A model generated the notes under the pieces. It was given only the letters and a program-made list of their open reading frames with translations. It searched no databases and was not told where the DNA came from. From Rebecca billardiae RCC1528 (Eukaryota; Protista; Haptophyta), in assembly GCA_965240325.2 (NCBI GenBank), contig OZ251222.1, positions 4,650,001 to 4,714,000 on the forward strand: a stretch of 64,000 nucleotides of DNA, in the 5' to 3' direction. Made by a program: the position numbers and the translations under genes. Positions within the stretch are counted from its first letter, which is position 1, and each line of letters begins with the position of its first letter. Below, one piece after another: positions 58,125 through 64,000 of the stretch.

Positions 58125-59588
58125 TCATCTGCTGTCATCATCATCGGCGGCACAATCGTCGCCTCGGCAGCACCCATTGGCTAAGGGGCGTACATTGGCA
58201 GCACTCGCCAGCGACACGCGCCCTGCCACAGCGCGTGTGAGAGCAGCGAAGGCGAGCGCTGCAGCGACCCACGGGCTCGAGCGCACAAACCACGGTGCGA
58301 GCGTGAGCGTGGAGCCTGCGCCAGCCTGGGCCTCTTCTTCGACGAGCAGGTCTACCCCTGCGGCGTCCACGGCATACGAGAGTAGCAGCGCTGCAGCCGT
58401 CATCGCAGCAGAGACGCGCGCGGCCGCAACGCGCGGCGCGGGCGCGGCCGTGCGGGCGGCTCCTGCATCCACGGGCGGACGCCCCGCCCGATCGAGGGGC
58501 GCCTGCCGCAGCGCCGACATGAGCAGGAGGAGGCTCGGCAGGTTGGTAGCGGGTGCGGCGAGTAAGAAGGCGAAGGCGAGGCCCGCGCTCCCGCCCGCCC
58601 GCTGCATCGCTGCGGCGGCGGTGACTGCGGTGTGCTCGCACAGCTGAAGTGGCAGGGAGGCTGCGAGCACAGCCAGCCGCGCAAGCAGCCCGCCCTCGCT
58701 GCCGAGCTCGTGCGGGGCGTTCGGTAGCGACGGCAGCCATCTCATCAGCGCTGCGCTGATGGCAAGCCCTAGCAGCACGGGCGGGAACGTGTCTGCGGCA
58801 CACTGCACTGCGGCGAGCAGCGCCACTCGCAGAGGCGCCAGCGCGCCGCCAGCCCCGGCCAACGCACCTGCCACGCACGTGCGGCGTGCGGGGGCGGGAC
58901 TGGCCGCGCGGACGCTCGCGGGCACGGCGAACCCGGCGGCGACTGCGAGGAGGCCTGCCCCTGCGATCCGCCAGAGCGCCGCCGCTGGGCCCAGGAGCCC
59001 CCACGTGAGCGCGGCGCTGTCGAGACCGGCGGACTGCGAGGCGGTGAGGAACGCCACCACCGCACGCACGGGCACGCCTCCGCGCACGAAGCCCGCGGCG
59101 ACGGGGAGCGCGCCGCACGAGCAGAGCGGGGTGGCGAGCCCAACGAGAGCGCCGCCGACCGGGCCCGCGCCGTGCAGGAACGAGCCCAGCGTCTGCACAG
59201 GGAGCTGCAGCGCCTCCAGCGCCGCAGTCAGGAGTGTCCCGAGGACGATCCAGGGCATCGCTTTCTCCACCTCGGACTGGAGCTCGGCCAGGAAGGTCGG
59301 CGGCCTGTAGTCGGGGTTGTCGATCAGGGGAGCCGACCACTCGTACAGCGGATTCTCGACGAACGGCGCTTCCCACGGGCCGTCGTCTTCGTCGCTCCAC
59401 CCTTCGGGCTTTGCGAGCTCGCTCGCGTCGGGAATGAGGCGCGGCTCGCCTTTGGCGTCGAACTCTGGTGGCACCGCGGCCGGGTCGGGAATGTGCCGCA
59501 GCTTTGCGAGCCGCGCCGCCTTCTCGCAGCAAGACTCGTGGGCCGCAGCGCAGGGCAACAGCACGGCCAGCAAGAGCGCGTGCTTCAT
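58125..59588 (-). CDS. DUF318/ArsP-family permease with signal peptide and calreticulin/calnexin P-domain repeats (487 aa)
   Basis: Signal peptide MKHALLLAVLLPCAAA. P-arm-like IPDPAAVPPEFD..IPD..LAKPEGWSDEDDGPWEAPFVENPLYEWSAPLIDNPDY. Permease motifs GLATPLCSCGALP, AFLTAS, PLQLCEH and AFLLAAPATN. Cys pairs at both ends. Confidence 0.85.
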   Translation of the reverse strand: MKHALLLAVLLPCAAAHESCCEKAARLAKLRHIPDPAAVPPEFDAKGEPRLIPDASELAKPEGWSDEDDGPWEAPFVENPLYEWSAPLIDNPDYRPPTFLAELQSEVEKAMPWIVLGTLLTAALEALQLPVQTLGSFLHGAGPVGGALVGLATPLCSCGALPVAAGFVRGGVPVRAVVAFLTASQSAGLDSAALTWGLLGPAAALWRIAGAGLLAVAAGFAVPASVRAASPAPARRTCVAGALAGAGGALAPLRVALLAAVQCAADTFPPVLLGLAISAALMRWLPSLPNAPHELGSEGGLLARLAVLAASLPLQLCEHTAVTAAAAMQRAGGSAGLAFAFLLAAPATNLPSLLLLMSALRQAPLDRAGRPPVDAGAARTAAPAPRVAAARVSAAMTAAALLLSYAVDAAGVDLLVEEEAQAGAGSTLTLAPWFVRSSPWVAAALAFAALTRAVAGRVSLASAANVRPLANGCCRGDDCAADDDDSR

Positions 59589-60077
59589 GAGAGGCGCGGC
59601 CGGGCCGAGTATGGTACCACGTTCGTGTTGTTCGTGAGCCGGATCTCCAGGATTCTGACGGTCGTGTACTCGCGTAAGCGCGCATACAATGACACTAGCA
59701 TAGTAACAAACTGTACAATTAACATCGCCCCTGCTGAATACTTGTACGGTTGGCAGGATGGCGCTCGTCACTACTTGGGCGACGCGAGGGCCAAGCCTGG
59801 CGCAACGCGCCCAAGGCCGCATACGAGCCTGACGGCCGTGCGCGGGCGCCTCGTGGTGGAGAAGACCCGGTGGCAGCATTCGCGCCGCTTTGTCGACGCC
59901 CTCGCCCCCCCGGCCGGCGGCCCCCGGTTGACCGCACGGAGACCTGCGCTGTGCATGCTCGGCTCGCAGACCGCGACGTCGCGGACAAAGACAGGAGAGC
60001 ACTGAACAGGCGTGGGCACGCGCGCACCGCGCAGCGCTCCTCCCGACCTCAGAGGCGCCGCTCGGCGAGAGTGGCGC

Positions 60078-60599
60078 TCAGAGGTGCTGGTTCCAGTAGT
60101 CGTCTTCAGTCGCCGCCGCGATCTTGCGCGTCCTCTCCGGGGTCGCACCGTCCTGCTCGGCGCGGCCAAGCACCTCGTCGCGGATCTCGCCTTGCCAGCT
60201 GCCCATCTGCCGATGCCGCTCCCAGTACGCAGCGTCGCCGATCGGCACGGTGCCGGCCTCGGGCTTGGGCTGCGGCGCAGCGGCGCCCGAGCCGGCAGCA
60301 CCGGCGCCCGGGGCGGCTGCAGGCGCCGAGGTCGCCGCCGTCCCCTCCTCGCGCAGGTACTCCTGGTGCGCCGCTGCGAGCATCGCCATCTCGGCCGTCC
60401 CGACACTCGGCTCGCCCGCCTTGGGCGGTCGCGAAATCGCCGTCTCGCGGTCAGCGGTGCGCTCGAGCCTCTCGAAGCGCTCGAGCAGGTCGTCCACTCG
60501 GCCCTCCAGCCGGAGTCGCGCGAGGCGCTCGGCGTCGACGGCGCCCCGCAGCTCGAGCACCTCGGCGCGCAGCCTGTTCACCTCGTCCTGCTGCGCCAT
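60078..60599 (-). CDS. Hypothetical coiled-coil protein (173 aa), divergent from the gag-like ORF
   Basis: ATG start, heptad-like N-terminus (EVNRLRAEVLELRGAVDAERLARLRLEGRVDDLLERFERLE), Ala/Pro linker and Trp-containing helical C-terminus. Confidence 0.55.
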   Translation of the reverse strand: MAQQDEVNRLRAEVLELRGAVDAERLARLRLEGRVDDLLERFERLERTADRETAISRPPKAGEPSVGTAEMAMLAAAHQEYLREEGTAATSAPAAAPGAGAAGSGAAAPQPKPEAGTVPIGDAAYWERHRQMGSWQGEIRDEVLGRAEQDGATPERTRKIAAATEDDYWNQHL

Positions 60600-61136
60600 C
60601 CGGGCACCGCGCGCGTCGAGCGTCCCGTTCGCGCGCGATCGGCAGTGCTTCGCGGAGGCGGGAAGGCGACGACGGGGAAGCGGACGATTTCGGGGCGATG
60701 GCCGACGCGACGGGAGTGGCGGGTTTGGCAGTCTGCGGCGGTTATCGCGTTATGACTGCCGGCGCCGCTTCGCCGCCGCCCGATACCCTCCTCCAGCGCC
60801 CCTCCGACCGCACCCCCGCCCGGACGGGCTCGGAGCTCGGAGCTCGCAGCGCGCCCCCGGACAGCGTTCCGAGCGTGTGGCAGCTCGCTTTTGGCGCGGA
60901 CCGCAGAAAAGTGAGCGCGCGCCGGGAGTTGACGGGCAGTGACCGGCTTTGGCGAACAGGAGCGAGTTTCGCCCAGCAGCCGTCCGCTTTCCCGCCCGAC
61001 CGCACGGCGCACCTCGCCCTGCCCGACCGCCGACCGGACCGCCGCCCGACTACCAAACCCAGCCGACGGGCCACGCTTGGCGCCGAGCAGCCGCACGGAC
61101 AACCAGCTGCGCTCCTCCGCCTCCCGCCGTCCCGAC

Positions 61137-63134
61137 ATGGCGGTGCCTGCAGTCCAACGCGTGTCGCGGCGCCGCGCGGCGGCAGCGGCCGTCGTCAACC
61201 AGCAGGTCCTCGGCGCTCGTGGGCGCGGCGGCGGGGGCCGCGGTCGGGGCCGGGGTGGGCGCGCGGGTGGCCGCCAAGCAAGTACCCTGCCGCCTGCCGC
61301 GCCGGTGCAGCAGCTCGGCCCGCTGCCGGTCCAGCCGCCGCCCGCGACCGCGCCGGCGGCCGGTGCCAGGACGACGGCGGGGGCTGCTCCCGCGCCCGCG
61401 CCCGGGCGAGCGGCCGGCGCCGCGTCGACGGCGGCTGCTGCGCAGCCGCAGGCACCCGCCCCCCCGGCCGCGCCCGCTGGCCAGCCGGGCATTCCGACTG
61501 GCCTACCACCCGACCTCGCGAACAGCCTCACTGACTTCCTTCGCGGCGTCCACGGCAACGGTGCGGGTGATGGGGCGGTCGGTGGCCACTCGGGCGCGCC
61601 GCCCGCCGACGGCGCACCGACGGGGCCCACCTCTGTCCCGCCGCCGCGGCCGCCGCCCTGGGGCGTCCGGCCGGCGCCGGACGCGGCGGCGCCCCTCGCC
61701 CCGCCCAGCTCGCTCGTGCCGCATCCCGTCCCCTTCGGTGGGGCTGGCTTCCTTGCGGGGGCCGCGCACGAGTTCGCGAACGCTTGCGCGCTCGCGGGCG
61801 GCGCGGGCGGCCAACTCCGGGGGACCGGGGGGGGGAGGCCGAGCTTCCCGGCTCGCGGGGCGTTTTCGTCCATGCGGCGCGGCTTGGGCGTGCCGGCGAA
61901 CGCGGCGGGTTCGGTCGTCTGGGAGTCCTTCAACATGGCTGAGGTGCCGCACGCGCAGGTCGATCGAAGCGTCTACTTCAACACGAAGGGCGAGCTGCGC
62001 GAGGCCTACCAGCTCCTCAGCCAGCTCCACTTCATACTGCTCGTCGAGCAGGCCGAGGGCTTCTGCACGCGCGCGGGTGACGCCGAGGTGCTGCGCGAGT
62101 ACAGGGGCTTCGTGATGCAGCTCGCTGAGGCGCGCGACTGGCGGGCGGCGGCACAGTTCCACTCTGAATTCTCGGAGAGCCTCGGGCGGGTGCTCGACGC
62201 GCGCTCGGGCGTGGCGGCGCTGGTGGCGAGCATCGGTGGCGGGCGGGAGCCGTTCTTCGACTGCTACAAGAACGACAACCCCTTCCATGACAAGTTTGCC
62301 ATGCGCCCGCTGATGCGCGTCTACGGTGGGAGCATGCCGATTCCGCCGCCGCCGCCGTCGCTGATGGTGCAGGACCTGTCGCCCGGCTTTGGCGGGGCGG
62401 CGCCCGGCGCAGCGGAGTGGGGCTGCTGGTCGTGGTCGGCGCCGATGCAGGTGGCGCCGCACGGGCCCGTGCCGCTCTCGTTCACGTGCGCACCCTCGGC
62501 AGGATCGTCCTGGGCGCCCCGCCCGGCGCTGTGCCCGCCGGCGCCGTACCCGCAGGGGCTGCAGGCGGCAGCGCCGGCCCCGCCGGCGCCGCCGGTACAG
62601 GGGGCGCAGCCCGGGCCCGCGCCGCTCGCGCTCACGTACGTGCCGCCGGCGGGTTCGGCCTGGGCGCCCGGGCCGGCGCCGTACACACCGGCGCCGTACC
62701 CGCCGGGGCCGCAGGCGCCGCCTCCCGGCCCGCCGCCCCCGCCGCCAGGCGGGCCGCCGCGGACGCTGCCGCAACCGTTCCCGGGCGCCGCCTCTGCGGG
62801 GGGCGTGCCGCCGCTGACGCTGGCGCGCGAGCTGGCGCGGTACGGGGGTGTGTGCGACGCGAGCGGGCGGCCCCTGCTCTCGGAGGCCAACCACCGCGTC
62901 TTCCGCGCGCACGGCTGCCTACGGCACCAGCTATTCGGCGACTGCTCCGCGGCGGCGTGCCCGCTGTTCGCCGCGTACCGGTCGGCCGGCGGCCAACCGT
63001 CTGCGCAGATGCAGCACAACTTCACGCTCGCGCACGCCACCAAGTGCGCTCTGTGCGGGAGCCTTGGCCACTTGGCCGGCGCGCACGCTGAGACAGCGCA
63101 CGTGCAGCAGCACACGGGCGTGGGCCGCGTCTAG
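61137..63134 (+). CDS. Gag-like ORF of a DIRS/Ngaro tyrosine-recombinase retrotransposon (665 aa)
   Basis: Pro/Ala-rich flanks around YRGFVMQLAEARDWRAAAQFHSEF, resembling the DIRS/Ngaro gag Y..I..LA...W....YD..FR pattern. C-terminal Cys/His cluster CLRHQLFGDCSAAAC...HATKCALCGSLGHLAGAH. Confidence 0.65.
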   Translation: MAVPAVQRVSRRRAAAAAVVNQQVLGARGRGGGGRGRGRGGRAGGRQASTLPPAAPVQQLGPLPVQPPPATAPAAGARTTAGAAPAPAPGRAAGAASTAAAAQPQAPAPPAAPAGQPGIPTGLPPDLANSLTDFLRGVHGNGAGDGAVGGHSGAPPADGAPTGPTSVPPPRPPPWGVRPAPDAAAPLAPPSSLVPHPVPFGGAGFLAGAAHEFANACALAGGAGGQLRGTGGGRPSFPARGAFSSMRRGLGVPANAAGSVVWESFNMAEVPHAQVDRSVYFNTKGELREAYQLLSQLHFILLVEQAEGFCTRAGDAEVLREYRGFVMQLAEARDWRAAAQFHSEFSESLGRVLDARSGVAALVASIGGGREPFFDCYKNDNPFHDKFAMRPLMRVYGGSMPIPPPPPSLMVQDLSPGFGGAAPGAAEWGCWSWSAPMQVAPHGPVPLSFTCAPSAGSSWAPRPALCPPAPYPQGLQAAAPAPPAPPVQGAQPGPAPLALTYVPPAGSAWAPGPAPYTPAPYPPGPQAPPPGPPPPPPGGPPRTLPQPFPGAASAGGVPPLTLARELARYGGVCDASGRPLLSEANHRVFRAHGCLRHQLFGDCSAAACPLFAAYRSAGGQPSAQMQHNFTLAHATKCALCGSLGHLAGAHAETAHVQQHTGVGRV

Positions 63135-63530
63135 GAGGCGGTGGGCGCACGACGAGATCCCCTGTCGGTGCCCGCCGCGTTCCGCGGCGCGCCGCTCGCT
63201 ATGACTCGCCCGCCCATCACCTCCGCCGAGATGGTCGCGCGCACCGGCCTGCGCGCTGACCTCGCACACAGTCTCGTGCCCAACGCCATGCAGCGCAACT
63301 ACGTGGCGCTGGCGTCCTTCATCCATGCCTTCACCGGCGTTGACCTGTCCGTGGAGCTGCGTGACGGCGTCGATCTGCTCTACCGCGGCGCGCGCGTGTC
63401 GCGGTTCCGTCCCAACCACCGTTCCTCGCTGGCGCAGCCCGAGTTTGTGCGCGCGCGGCTCGCCGAGTATGTGTCATCGGGCGTGCTGGCGGGGCCGGCG
63501 CGCGGCGGCCGGCGCGCGCCGGTCATCTTG
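63135..63530 (+). pseudogene. Truncated N-terminus of DIRS/Ngaro pol (RT), in frame with gag
   Basis: Manual translation (ATG at 63201): LRDGVDLLYRGARVSRFRPNHRSSLAQPEFVRARLAEYVSSGVLAGP, matching the pre-RT G..Y.G...NH.S....V...L..E...G...GP pattern of DIRS-group elements. It then runs into satellite DNA. Confidence 0.65.
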
Positions 63531-64000
63531 CGCCGATCATGCGCGCGCGCCGATCGTCATGCGCCGATCATCATGCGCGCGCGCCGATCATCATGCGCCG
63601 ATCATGCGCGCGCGCCGATCATCATGCGCCGATCATGCGCCGATCATGCGCCGATCATGCGCCGATCATGCGCCGATCATGCGCCCGCGCCGATCATCAT
63701 GCGCCGATCATGCGCGCGCGCCGATCATCATGCGCCGATCATGCGCCGATCATGCGCCGATCATGCGCCCGCGCCGATCATCATGCGCCGATCATGCGCG
63801 CGCGCCGATCATCATGCGCCGATCATGCGCCGATCATGCGCCGATCATGCGCCGATCATGCGCCGATCATGCGCCCGCGCCGATCATCATGCGCCGATCA
63901 TGCGCCGATCATGCGCGCGCGCCGATCATCACGCGCCGATCATGCGCCGATCATGCGCCCGCGCCGATCATCATGCGCCGATCACGCGCGCGCGCCGATC
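63512..64000. repeat. 11-bp minisatellite (GCGCCGATCAT)n with +CAT and +GCGC variants, continuing past the window end
   Basis: Directly visible tandem array. Confidence 0.97.

Larger units (their letters stand above)
60078..63530 (+). mobile_element. DIRS/Ngaro-like retrotransposon, 3'-interrupted; left end uncertain (possibly ~59610)
   Basis: Gag-like ORF followed by the start of pol. The lower-GC non-coding block at 59610-59750 may be the terminal repeat. Confidence 0.6.

Noticed and set aside
32342-59588. Prokaryotic operon or defence island
   Set aside because: Spliceosomal introns, XRN2, targeting peptides and mixed orientations show a eukaryotic locus; no shared pathway is evident among these genes.

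Overview
Very GC-rich eukaryotic nuclear DNA with short (100-155 bp) spliceosomal introns and signal+transit plastid presequences. This points to an alga with a complex plastid, most plausibly a haptophyte (inference). Bases 1-31901 are one gene running off the 5' edge. It is a stop-free frame of at least 10,632 codons encoding about 9,400 aa of Ser-Pro(3-7) repeats, a Gly/Pro hinge, a GAIN/GPS autoproteolysis motif (HL|T) and five polycystin-1-like TM segments, with no PLAT or channel domain. Downstream genes: plastid fibrillin, plastid MsrB-like protein, SDR, laccase-like multicopper oxidase, ankyrin protein, bacterial-type uridine kinase, Cys-motif-less IscA-like protein, XRN2 with an inserted R3H domain, DxD glycosyltransferase-like protein, SAM methyltransferase, and a DUF318/ArsP permease fused to calreticulin P-domain repeats. 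Mobile DNA: a 1.93-kb non-autonomous Tc1/mariner-type element with perfect 36-bp TIRs, a possible Harbinger-like MITE, a 2.1-kb insert between 18-bp direct repeats, and a DIRS/Ngaro-like retrotransposon. In that retrotransposon gag and pol share a frame, separated by one UAG, and pol is cut off by an 11-bp satellite at the window end. All family assignments come from motif recognition by eye; no database search was run.
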